Shown here: one piece after another, positions 1 to 8,900 of the stretch | Layout: every line of letters starts with the position of its first letter | Position numbering within the stretch: position 1 is the stretch's first letter | Origin: Pyrinomonadaceae bacterium | GTDB taxonomy: Bacteria; Acidobacteriota; Blastocatellia; Pyrinomonadales; Pyrinomonadaceae | Reading direction: 5' to 3' | NCBI GenBank assembly: GCA_046313635.1 | Contig: JBKBYA010000001.1 | Location: forward strand, 504,189-556,240 | Length of the DNA: 52,052 bases | Program-made: the position numbers and the translations under genes | Notes under the pieces: generated by a model | Databases searched by the model: none | The model's input: the letters and a program-made list of their open reading frames with translations, nothing else | What the model was told of the DNA's origin: nothing

Positions 1-80
1 TTGAGTCGGTCGATTCTGTCCGGTCGATCGAGTCGGTTGAGTCGGTCGATTCTGTCCGGTCGATCGAATCGGTCGAGTCG
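1..80. repeat. 9-mer-period GAGTCGGTC-type array (contains a 36-bp tandem duplication, 1-36 and 37-72), truncated by the window edge
   Basis: ttgagtcggtcgattctgtccggtcgatcga(g/a)tcgg occurs twice; it is in reverse-complement orientation to the GACTC arrays. Confidence 0.85.
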
Positions 81-90
81 AGGCCCAAGA

Positions 91-256
91 GACTGGATAG
101 ACCTAATAGACTCGAAAGACTCCATAGACACGAAAGACTCGACAGACTCAACAGACTCAACAGACTCAACAGACTCAACAGACTCAACAGACTCAACAGA
201 CTTAACAGACTCAACAGACTTAACAGACTCGACAGACTCGACAGACTCGACAGACT
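91..256. repeat. Tandem array of 18 9-mers, consensus GACTC(A/G)ACA
   Basis: Units counted directly from 91 to 252 plus a partial unit; the array ends 7 nt before the asnB ATG. Confidence 0.95.
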
Positions 257-263
257 AATTTGA

Positions 264-2147
264 ATGTGCGGAATTACGGGATTCATATATAACTCTGACC
301 GGGCGGCCGAGCGGGATGTGCTTGAGCGGATGAATCGCTGCATCGTGCACCGCGGGCCGGACGAGGACGGGTTTTATCTAAAGGAGAACGCCGCTCTCGC
401 GATGCGCAGGCTGTCGATCATCGACCTCGCCGGCGGGCGGCAGCCGATCCGCAACGCCGACGGCACTAAGTGGATCGTCTACAACGGCGAGATCTACAAC
501 TACCGCGAACTGCGCTCGCAGCTTGAGGCGCGCGGGCACCGCTTCTACACAAATTCCGACACCGAGGCGATCGTCCATCTCTACGACGAGTATGGCGAAG
601 CCTGTCTTGAGCACCTGCGCGGGATGTTCGCGTTCGCGATCTGGGACGAGCGCGACCGCTCGCTCTTTATCGCCCGCGACCGCGTCGGCAAAAAGCCTCT
701 TTTGTATTCGCACCAGCCTAATGGCGATCTCGTCTTCGGTTCGGAATTCACCGCGGTGCTCGCGCATCCGTCGGTCTCTCGCGAGGTCGACGCAAACGCC
801 ATCGACGCGTACCTCTCGTATCTGTGCGTGCCCGCGCCGATGACCGCGTATCGCGCGATCCGCAAGCTCGAGCCCGGCCACTGGCTGCGGTGGCGCGGCG
901 GCGAGATCGAGACGCGGCGCTACTGGCTGCCCGACTTTTCAAAAAAGATAAAGATCTCAGAGCAGGATGCGATCGACGAGACGACGCGGCTCATTCGCGA
1001 GGCGACGCGGATGCGTATGATCTCGGAGGTGCCGCTCGGAGCCTTCCTCTCGGGCGGTGTCGACTCGTCGACGGTCGTCGCGTTGATGGCGGAGGCGAGC
1101 GAGACGCCGGTCAAGACCTTTTCGATCGGCTTTGAAGAGCAGGATTTCAGCGAGCTCAAATACGCCCGCCGCGTCGCCGAGCACGTCGGCGCCGAGTATC
1201 ACGAATTCATCGTGCGCCCCGACGCGCTCGACGTGCTGCCGACGCTCGTCGAGCACTACGGCGAGCCATACGCCGACGCGAGCGCGATACCGACGTATTA
1301 CGTTTCGCGCGAGACGCGCCGGCACGTCACTGTCGCGCTGAATGGCGACGGCGGCGACGAGAGCTTCGCCGGCTACGAGCGTCACGCCGCGATGCGCGTC
1401 GCCGAGAATTATCACCGCATACCGCGGGCGATTAGGCGGCTGTTTGTCGAGATGCCCGTCGGCCTCGTGCCGACCTCGGAGCTTAAAAAGAGCCGCGTCC
1501 GCGACGTCAAGCGATTTTTGCAGGCGGCGTCGCTGCCCATGACCGAGCGCTACTTTCGATGGATGTCGACATTCAACCGCGACGCCAAGCGCGATCTCTA
1601 CACGCGCGACTTTGCGGCGGCGATCGCCGGTCACGACCCTTCGGAGCACATCGATCGATGGCTTGCCTCGGCCAACGGCTCGGGCATCGTCGACGCGACC
1701 TTGCGCGCCGACCTGATGACCTATCTGCCAAACGATCTGCTCGTCAAGGTCGACATCGCGTCGATGGCAAACTCGCTCGAGGCCCGCTCGCCTCTGCTCG
1801 ATCACAAGGTCATCGAGTTTGCCGCGACGCTGCCCGAGAGCCTCAAGATGCGCGGGCTCGAGACAAAGTACCTGCTCAAAAAGGTCGCCGCGCGTCTCGT
1901 GCCGCGCGAGGTCGTCTATCGCCGCAAGATGGGATTTGGCGTGCCGGTCGGCAAGTGGTTTCGCGGCGAGATGAAGGATTTTGTCCGCGGCGTTCTGCTC
2001 TCTGAGCGCTCGCTGGGGCGCGGCATCATCCGCCCTGAAGCGATCCGCCGATACGTCGACGAGCACACCGACGGCCGCCGCGATCACCAGTTCCAGATCT
2101 GGACGCTGCTCATGCTCGAGCTGTGGTTCCAGAGGTTTATCGACTAA
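264..2147 (+). CDS. asnB: Asparagine synthase (glutamine-hydrolysing), polysaccharide amidotransferase type
   Basis: N-terminal MCGI (Ntn Cys), HRGPD, NGEIYN, LSGGVDSS, GDGGDE and RRKMGF motifs; polysaccharide-cluster context. Confidence 0.93.
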   Translation: MCGITGFIYNSDRAAERDVLERMNRCIVHRGPDEDGFYLKENAALAMRRLSIIDLAGGRQPIRNADGTKWIVYNGEIYNYRELRSQLEARGHRFYTNSDTEAIVHLYDEYGEACLEHLRGMFAFAIWDERDRSLFIARDRVGKKPLLYSHQPNGDLVFGSEFTAVLAHPSVSREVDANAIDAYLSYLCVPAPMTAYRAIRKLEPGHWLRWRGGEIETRRYWLPDFSKKIKISEQDAIDETTRLIREATRMRMISEVPLGAFLSGGVDSSTVVALMAEASETPVKTFSIGFEEQDFSELKYARRVAEHVGAEYHEFIVRPDALDVLPTLVEHYGEPYADASAIPTYYVSRETRRHVTVALNGDGGDESFAGYERHAAMRVAENYHRIPRAIRRLFVEMPVGLVPTSELKKSRVRDVKRFLQAASLPMTERYFRWMSTFNRDAKRDLYTRDFAAAIAGHDPSEHIDRWLASANGSGIVDATLRADLMTYLPNDLLVKVDIASMANSLEARSPLLDHKVIEFAATLPESLKMRGLETKYLLKKVAARLVPREVVYRRKMGFGVPVGKWFRGEMKDFVRGVLLSERSLGRGIIRPEAIRRYVDEHTDGRRDHQFQIWTLLMLELWFQRFID

Positions 2148-2162
2148 GCGAAAGAAGAGGTG

Positions 2163-2319
<157 letters not shown>

Positions 2320-2333
2320 AATAATTAATCAAC

Positions 2334-2403
2334 CAAAGACCAAAGACCAAGGACTAAGGACTAAGGACCAAGGACTAAGGACTAAGGGCTAAGGACCAAG
2401 GAC
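2334..2403. repeat. Tandem array of 10 heptamers, (C/T)AAGGAC and variants
   Basis: caaagac x2, caaggac, taaggac x2, caaggac, taaggac, taagggc, taaggac, caaggac. Confidence 0.95.
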
Positions 2404-2415
2404 CAAACATCTTTT

Positions 2416-3144
2416 ATGAAAGGAGTCGTACTAGCCGGCGGACTCGGCTCGCGTCTGAGCCCGCTGACCAAGATCACCAACAAGCACCTTTTGCCGGTCT
2501 TTAACAAGCCGATGATCTACTACCCGATCCAGACGCTGATCAACGCCGGGATCGACGACATAATGATCGTCACGGGCGGCAATTCGGCGGGTGACTTTTT
2601 GCGGCTGCTCGAGAATGGGCGCGAGTTTGGGCTCAAGCATCTCAACTACACGTACCAGCAGGGCGAGGGCGGCATCGCCGACGCGCTCGGGCTCGTCGAG
2701 CACTTCGCCGACGGCGAGCCGATCTGCGTCGTGCTCGGCGACAACATCATCGAGACGAACATTCGCGCGGCGTGCGACGACTACCGGCGGCAGGGCGAGG
2801 GTGCCAAGATCCTCTTGAAAAAGGTGCACGACCCGCAGCGCTTCGGCGTGCCTGAGCTCGACGGCGACCGCGTCCTCCGCATCGAGGAAAAGCCAAAAGA
2901 GCCGAAGTCGGACTACGCCGTCATCGGCATCTACTTCTACGACGCGGCAGTCTTTGACGTCATCAAGACGCTCGTCCCGTCGGCCCGCGGCGAGCTCGAG
3001 ATAACGGACGTCAACAACTACTACATCGACCGCGGCCTGATGACCTGGAACGAGCTCGAAGGCTGGTGGACCGACGCCGGAACCTTCGACAGCCTCCTGC
3101 GGGCGTCGAACCTCGTCGCCGAGACGGGAGCGAATAAAGTCTAG
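2416..3144 (+). CDS. rmlA: Sugar-phosphate nucleotidyltransferase (glucose-1-phosphate thymidylyltransferase, short RmlA/SpsI type)
   Basis: LAGGLGSRLSPLT..NKHLLP, EEKP, RGELEITD and WWTDAGT motifs. Confidence 0.9.
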   Translation: MKGVVLAGGLGSRLSPLTKITNKHLLPVFNKPMIYYPIQTLINAGIDDIMIVTGGNSAGDFLRLLENGREFGLKHLNYTYQQGEGGIADALGLVEHFADGEPICVVLGDNIIETNIRAACDDYRRQGEGAKILLKKVHDPQRFGVPELDGDRVLRIEEKPKEPKSDYAVIGIYFYDAAVFDVIKTLVPSARGELEITDVNNYYIDRGLMTWNELEGWWTDAGTFDSLLRASNLVAETGANKV

Positions 3145-3243
3145 CGAGTCTGTCGAGTCGGTCGAGTCTGTCGAGTCGGTCGAGTCTGTCGAGTCGGTCG
3201 AGTCTGTCGAGTCTGTCGAGTCGATCGATTCGGTCGAGTCGGA
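3145..3243. repeat. Tandem array of 11 9-mers CGAGTC(T/G)GT, decaying to about 3270
   Basis: Starts on the base after the rmlA stop; it is the reverse complement of the GACTCGACA-type units. Confidence 0.95.
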
Positions 3244-3414
3244 CGAGGCTGCTGAGTTGTTAGAGTTTGATGGGATTGGGGAGTTTTGCTAGTTTATCGA
3301 CTCTGATGAGTGCGCCTGCGACTCGAGAGAATCAGACACTCGTAGGACCCCACAGACGCGACGGATATAATGGACTCAACAGACTCGTAAGGCTCGCCCC
3401 AACCAACTCAAGTT

Positions 3415-3777
3415 ATGTCGACAATCAAACGCTTCGAGGACATCCAGGCCTGGCAGCGGGCGCGGGACGTGACGAGGGTGATCTATGTCGTTACTCAGCG
3501 CAACGGTTTCGAACGAGACTATGCTCTGCGCGATCAAATTCGGCGGGCGAGCGTCTCGATCATGGCCAACATCGCCGAAGGCTTCGCTCGCCGCTCGGAT
3601 AAAGATTTTGCATACTTCCTGAATATTTCGCGAAGCTCAGTCGCTGAGGTCCAGTCACATCTATATGTGGCGCTTGATCAGGGATACGTAGATGAATCTG
3701 AGTTCCGCGAGATATATGCCAAACTGGAAGAAACATCAAAAATGATTTTCGCGCTCGCGCGTCATCTGTTCAGCTAG
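3415..3777 (+). CDS. Four helix bundle protein (23S rRNA-intervening-sequence protein / Avd-like family)
   Basis: 120 aa; FEDIQAWQ, DQIRRASVSIMANIAEG and F..FL.ISRSS..E family signatures; more AT-rich than its neighbours. Confidence 0.9.
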   Translation: MSTIKRFEDIQAWQRARDVTRVIYVVTQRNGFERDYALRDQIRRASVSIMANIAEGFARRSDKDFAYFLNISRSSVAEVQSHLYVALDQGYVDESEFREIYAKLEETSKMIFALARHLFS

Positions 3778-3801
3778 AGCCTTTGTATCAAAATAAAGTT
3801 T

Positions 3802-4419
3802 ATGAACCAAACGCAAACCACCCCGGCAAAAGACTCGCCAGACCCGATCAACTCGCCAGACTCGATCGACTCGCAAGACTCGATCGACTCGCAAGACTCG
3901 CAAGACTCGATCGACTCGATCGACTCGATCGACTCGACAGACTTCACCGATGCTCCGATCGCGGACGTCGTGGTTTATCAGTTACGAAAATTCCACGACG
4001 ACCGCGGGTGGCTGGCGGAGTTGTTTCGGCATGACGAGCTCGATGCGGAGTTTTATCCGGTGATGTCTTACATCTCTTTTACGAGGCCGGGCGTGCAGCG
4101 CGGGCCGCACGAGCATGTGGACCAGGCCGACCTTTTCTGCTTTATCGGGCCGTCGACTTTCAAGATGATGATGTGGGACAACCGCCCCGATTCGCCGACG
4201 TTCAACCACCGTATGACGCTCTTTGTCGGCGAAGACAACCCGCAGGCGGTCGTCGTGCCGAAGGGCGTCGTGCACGGCTACAAGAATGTCGGCGACGTTG
4301 ACGGCATGGTCATCAACTGCCCAAACCGTCTCTACATGGGCGAGGGCAAGCGCGAGCCGATCGACGAGATCCGTCACGAGGACGATCCCGCGACGCCGTT
4401 TCGAATGGACGGCGTTTGA
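3802..4419 (+). CDS. rmlC: dTDP-4-dehydrorhamnose 3,5-epimerase family cupin with a repeat-derived (DSx)n N-terminal extension
   Basis: DDRGWLAELF, RGPHEH and VPKGVVHGY motifs; the N-terminus reads DSPDPINSPDSIDSQDSIDSQ... Confidence 0.85.
   Translation: MNQTQTTPAKDSPDPINSPDSIDSQDSIDSQDSQDSIDSIDSIDSTDFTDAPIADVVVYQLRKFHDDRGWLAELFRHDELDAEFYPVMSYISFTRPGVQRGPHEHVDQADLFCFIGPSTFKMMMWDNRPDSPTFNHRMTLFVGEDNPQAVVVPKGVVHGYKNVGDVDGMVINCPNRLYMGEGKREPIDEIRHEDDPATPFRMDGV
3832..3948. repeat. Tandem array of about 13 9-mers GACTCG(ATC/CAA/CCA/ACA), in frame inside rmlC
   Basis: Units read directly; the array is inverted relative to 3145-3243. Confidence 0.95.
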
Positions 4420-4571
4420 CAGCGGCGCGTGTCAGGTTGTAATTAGAATTTTGGCGGCCGGCAGCGAGTTTCCCGCACGATCGTACGGTCACTCGCCAGC
4501 CCACGGAAGATCCGGATCTGGCCCGCGAATGATCCGCCGGCCGCCCTTTCCACCATCAGTTTTCCGTTTGA

Positions 4572-5795
4572 ATGAAGATCCTCAGAATCATCGCCCGTTT
4601 GAATGTCGGCGGTCCGGCGAGGCACGTGACCTGGCTGACCTCGGCGCTGTCGGACGATGAGTTCAGCTCGTCTTTGATCGCCGGCACGGTGCCCGAGGGC
4701 GAAGAGGATATGAGCTACTTTGCGGCCGAGCACGGCGTCGAGCCGCACTACATCGCCGAGATGAGCCGCGAGCTGTCGCCGAAGGACGTCGTTTCGCTCG
4801 TCAAGGTCTATCGCCAAATGCGCGCGATGCGGCCCGACATCATTCATACGCATACCGCCAAGGCGGGCACGGTCGGCCGCGTCGCGGCCTTTTTTTACAA
4901 ATGGCTCACGCCCGCTGCGCTCGTCGGCCGCCCGCGGCGGGTGCGCGTCGTTCACACGTTTCACGGGCACGTCTTTCACAGCTATTACGGCGGGCTCAAG
5001 ACACGCGTGTTCCTTATGATCGAAAGAATGCTCGCGCGGCTTGCGACCGACCGCATCGTCGTCATCACGCGGCAGCAGCTTGAGGAGATCAACGGCAGAT
5101 TCGGCGTCGGCCGGCGTGATAAGTTTGCGGTCATCCCGCTCGGCATCGACCTCGCGGCGCTGCGCGCCGCCGAAGGCGAGCGCGAACGCGTGCGCGCCGA
5201 GATCGGCGCCGCGCCCGGCGAAGTGTTGGTCGGCTTTGTCGGACGCCTGACCGAGATCAAGGACGTTCCGCTTTTTTTGAACGCGGCGGCCGAAGCTTTG
5301 CGGACCGATGAGGGCATCGCGCAGCGGTTTGCGGTCGTCGGCGACGGGCATTTGAAACGGGAGCTCGCGGCGCAGGCAAGACGACTCGGCATCGAGAAAA
5401 GCGTCGCCTTTCTCGGCAACCGCACCGACATTGCCGCCGTTTATGCCGCGCTCGACATCGTCGCGCTGACCTCGCTGAACGAGGGAACGCCGCTCTCGCT
5501 CATCGAAGCGATGGCCGCCGGCCGGCCTGTGATCTCGACCGGCGTCGGCGGCGTCGTCGATCTGCTCGGCGAGCCGGTCGAGGCACGCGGCGACTTTACG
5601 GTCTGCGAGCGCGGCGTGCGCGTCGACAGCCGCGATCCGGCGGCGTACGCCGGGGCCCTTGTTTATTTGGCGCGGCGGCCCGAGCTTCGTTTAGAATTGG
5701 CTGATACCGGGCAAAGATTTGTCGAGGCTGAATACTCGAAGGAGCGCCTGATCGGCGACATCAAAGCGCTGTATCGGGACCTCTGTGCCCGCTGA
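4572..5795 (+). CDS. Glycosyltransferase family 4
   Basis: GGPARHV, DIIHTHTAKAG and VGRL..IK motifs; EGTPLSLIEAMAAGRPVI (EX7E). Confidence 0.92.
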   Translation: MKILRIIARLNVGGPARHVTWLTSALSDDEFSSSLIAGTVPEGEEDMSYFAAEHGVEPHYIAEMSRELSPKDVVSLVKVYRQMRAMRPDIIHTHTAKAGTVGRVAAFFYKWLTPAALVGRPRRVRVVHTFHGHVFHSYYGGLKTRVFLMIERMLARLATDRIVVITRQQLEEINGRFGVGRRDKFAVIPLGIDLAALRAAEGERERVRAEIGAAPGEVLVGFVGRLTEIKDVPLFLNAAAEALRTDEGIAQRFAVVGDGHLKRELAAQARRLGIEKSVAFLGNRTDIAAVYAALDIVALTSLNEGTPLSLIEAMAAGRPVISTGVGGVVDLLGEPVEARGDFTVCERGVRVDSRDPAAYAGALVYLARRPELRLELADTGQRFVEAEYSKERLIGDIKALYRDLCAR

Positions 5796-5814
5796 GCCGG
5801 CGGTTTATCGATCG

Positions 5815-7620
5815 ATGAAGGATCTATTGTCAAATCCCACGGTCCTCACCCTCGTGACGGCCCTCCTGGCGGCGGCGATGACGTTCGCGGTCAGAGAGCT
5901 CGCGCACAGATTCGGTTTTGTCGCCAAGCCAAAGGCCGACCGCTGGCACAGTCGCCCGACGGCGATGATGGGCGGCGTCGCGATCTTTCTCGCGACGGTC
6001 TCGATGTACGCGCTGGCGGTGCCGCCGACGTTCGAGTCGCTGATCGTGATGGCGGGCAGCTCGTTTCTCTTTGTCGTCGGCCTCGTCGACGACCTGCTCC
6101 ACATCAAGCCCTACCAGAAGCTTGCCGGCCAGCTGATCGGCGCGACGATAGTTGTCGGCTTCGGGCTCACGCTGCCGCTCACGGGCTACGAGCTGCTCGA
6201 TCTCTGGATCACGGTCTTTTGGATCATCGGCATCACCAACGCCGTCAATCTGCTCGACAATATGGACGGCCTCGCCGCCGGCATCGCGGCGATCGCGGCG
6301 GTATCGCTCGGGATGAGCTTCGGCGCAAACGGCCAGACCGACGAGCTGCTGCTGGTCTCGGTCTTTATCGGGGCACTGCTCGGATTTTTGGTCTTTAACT
6401 TTAATCCGGCGAGCATTTTTATGGGCGACTCGGGGTCGATGTTCGTCGGCTTCCTGCTGTCGACGACGGTCCTGCTGAATCAGACCGGCGGGCGCTCGCG
6501 CGGCCTCGTGCCGATCCTCGCGGTGCCGGTGCTGATACTGTTTGTCCCGATATTCGACACGACCTTTGTGACGCTGCTGCGCAAGCTCTGGGGGCGAAAG
6601 GCGTCGCAGGGCGGCCGCGATCACACGTCGCACCGCCTGGTCGCTCTCGGCCTCTCCGAGCGCAGCGCCGTGCTGATGCTCTACCTCTTTGCGATCGTCG
6701 GCGGCGTGCTGTCTTTCCTTGTCGGCGAGCTCGAGACGACGCAGAGCCTGGCGCTGATCATCGTCTTTACGATCGCGCTCGTGATCGTCGGCGTGTATCT
6801 GTCAAAGGTGAAGGTGTACGAGGACGACGAGGAGGAGATCGCCGCGCAGAACAACGCGGTCTTTGCCTTTCTCGTCGATGTCTCGTACAAGCGGCGCATC
6901 TTTGAGGTGCTGCTCGACGCTCTGCTGATCACGCTGTCGTACTACGCGGCGTACACGCTGCTCTTTGGGCCGATCGAGGACACCTCGAATTGGGAGCTGT
7001 TCCTCAAGTCGGTGCCGCTGCTCGTCGTGCTCAAGCTCTTCGCATTCTTGTTTGTCGGCGTCTATCGGGGCATCTGGCGTTATACGAGCATCGACGACCT
7101 CTTTACGTTTGCCAAAGGCACGGCGCTCGGCAGCGCGCTCAGCGTGCTGGCGATATTGTTGTTTTTCAGGTTTGAGGGCTTTTCGCGGACGGTCTTTGTC
7201 GTCGACGCGGCGATACTGATGATCGCACTCGTCGCCAGCCGAATGACCTTCAGGCTGATCCGGCAGATGCTGCCCGGCGCCGCGGCGACCGACGGTCGGA
7301 ATGTGCTCATCTACGGTGCAGGCGACGGCGGCGAGATGATACTGCGAGAGCTGCGCAACAACACGGCTTGGAACCTCAAGCCGGTCGGCTTCATCGACGA
7401 CGACCCGCTCAAGCTCGGCAAGCTGATCCACGGCCTGCCCGTGCTCGAGCCCAACGGCCGGCTCGCCCGCGTCGTCGCCGAAAAGGACGTCGCCGAGATC
7501 GTCGTCGCGATCCGCGAGATCTCGCCCGAGAGGCTCGCCGAGATGCGCGAGTTTTGCCGGGCGGCCAACGTCGGGCTTAAGCGGGCCGAGATCAGGATCG
7601 AGCCGGTCGACTTCGAGTAG
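5815..7620 (+). CDS. WecA/MraY-family polyprenyl-phosphate GlcNAc-1-P transferase fused to a membrane plus CoA-binding (Rossmann) module
   Basis: GLVDD, NAVNLLDNMDGLA, FMGDSGS and GRDHTSHRL motifs; C-terminal LIYGAGDGG and VGFIDDD; start placed at ATG 5815. Confidence 0.85.
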   Translation: MKDLLSNPTVLTLVTALLAAAMTFAVRELAHRFGFVAKPKADRWHSRPTAMMGGVAIFLATVSMYALAVPPTFESLIVMAGSSFLFVVGLVDDLLHIKPYQKLAGQLIGATIVVGFGLTLPLTGYELLDLWITVFWIIGITNAVNLLDNMDGLAAGIAAIAAVSLGMSFGANGQTDELLLVSVFIGALLGFLVFNFNPASIFMGDSGSMFVGFLLSTTVLLNQTGGRSRGLVPILAVPVLILFVPIFDTTFVTLLRKLWGRKASQGGRDHTSHRLVALGLSERSAVLMLYLFAIVGGVLSFLVGELETTQSLALIIVFTIALVIVGVYLSKVKVYEDDEEEIAAQNNAVFAFLVDVSYKRRIFEVLLDALLITLSYYAAYTLLFGPIEDTSNWELFLKSVPLLVVLKLFAFLFVGVYRGIWRYTSIDDLFTFAKGTALGSALSVLAILLFFRFEGFSRTVFVVDAAILMIALVASRMTFRLIRQMLPGAAATDGRNVLIYGAGDGGEMILRELRNNTAWNLKPVGFIDDDPLKLGKLIHGLPVLEPNGRLARVVAEKDVAEIVVAIREISPERLAEMREFCRAANVGLKRAEIRIEPVDFE

Positions 7621-7640
7621 CCGCACGCCGCGCGGCACGT

Positions 7641-8900
7641 ATGCCTAAGTTCTCGCTCCAAAACGCTTCTCCGCTCGGCCGCGCCGCACTCGCCGCGGCC
7701 GTCGTCGCGATCGTCGCCCTGCATTACTTTTTTGCGAAGTGGGGCCTTGCGAATATGGCGTCGGTGAGGACCGACATGCCCGAGGTCGCCGCCACCGCCG
7801 TCGAGCTCGCGCCGGGCGACCCGCAGACGCACTACGCGGCGGCCGTACTTTACGAGCGGACATTCCTGCCCGAGGACCAGGCCAGAGCGCTCGCCGAATA
7901 CGAAAAGGCCGCCGCGCTTGCGCCGCACAATTATCTGCTCTGGCTGGCGCTCGGCACCGCCCGCAGCCGCGCCGGCGACCTCGACGCGGCCGCCGCGGCG
8001 CTCGAGCGCGCCCGGCAGCTCGCCCCGAATTATTCGGCCGTGCGTTGGGCGATCGGCAATCTGATGGTCCGCCGCGGCCGCACCGACGAGGGCTTTGCAG
8101 AGATCGGGCGGGCCGTCGCCGCCGACGACAAGCTCGCCCAGCCCGCGGCCGTGCTCGCGATGCAGGTGCTGGGCGCCGAGCCGCCGCGTCTCGCGGAATT
8201 TGGCCGCGACATTCCGGCTTTGAACGCCGCGCTCGCTCTCTCGCTCGCACGCGCCGACAGGTTTGACGAGGCCCTCGAGCTCTGGAGACGAATGCCGGCC
8301 GATCGCGGGCCGGTGCCGGCGGACGCGGCGAGATCGCTCTTTGATCTGCTTGTCGCAAAGCATCGCTACCGGGCCGCGCGCGAGGTCACCGGCGCTCGCT
8401 CAGGCGACGAGCTCGTCTCGAACGGCGGCTTTGAAGACCCCATCTCGCTCAGCGCCCCGACGCCCTTCGAATGGCAGATCGCGTCCGGCGGCGGGCAGCC
8501 GCAGGTCGTACCGGTGAGCGGCACGCGCCGGACCGGCGATCGCAGCCTCGCGCTCGTCTTTGACCTCGGCGAGACGAGACACTTCCGGCCGGTCTCGCAG
8601 ACGATCGCGGTCGAGCCCGGCGCGGCTTACAGATTCGAAGCGTACTATCGCGCAGAGCTGAGAGACTCGCGGCCCGTCAAATGGGAGATCGTCGACGCTG
8701 CGACCGGCAGTGCGATCGCCGCGGCGGGCCCGATCAACACGACGACGTCACAAAACTGGGAACGCCTCGCGGTCGAATTTACTCAGCCGAAGGAGAGCGA
8801 CGGCGTCACGATCCGTCTCGTCCCCGACGGCTGCGCGGCGATCATCTGCAAGATCACGGGACGCGTCTGGCTCGACGACGTGAGCTTGAAAAAGCGATGA
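7641..8900 (+). CDS. Membrane-anchored TPR protein with a C-terminal carbohydrate-binding (CBM4/9-like) domain
   Basis: N-terminal transmembrane segment; A..LAP TPR motifs; LVSNGGFE...VWLDDVSL. Confidence 0.7.
   Translation: MPKFSLQNASPLGRAALAAAVVAIVALHYFFAKWGLANMASVRTDMPEVAATAVELAPGDPQTHYAAAVLYERTFLPEDQARALAEYEKAAALAPHNYLLWLALGTARSRAGDLDAAAAALERARQLAPNYSAVRWAIGNLMVRRGRTDEGFAEIGRAVAADDKLAQPAAVLAMQVLGAEPPRLAEFGRDIPALNAALALSLARADRFDEALELWRRMPADRGPVPADAARSLFDLLVAKHRYRAAREVTGARSGDELVSNGGFEDPISLSAPTPFEWQIASGGGQPQVVPVSGTRRTGDRSLALVFDLGETRHFRPVSQTIAVEPGAAYRFEAYYRAELRDSRPVKWEIVDAATGSAIAAAGPINTTTSQNWERLAVEFTQPKESDGVTIRLVPDGCAAIICKITGRVWLDDVSLKKR

Noticed and set aside
1..258. CRISPR array, or a real 85-aa protein
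   Set aside because: The repeats are contiguous with no unique spacers and no cas genes; the ORF is explained by the stop-free 9-mer array
3415..3777. Diversity-generating retroelement suggested by Avd-like genes
   Set aside because: No reverse transcriptase and no TR/VR pair in the window
4453..4545. 10-bp GC-only inverted repeat ggcggccggc/gccggccgcc
   Set aside because: Plausible by chance at this GC content; no second copy seen
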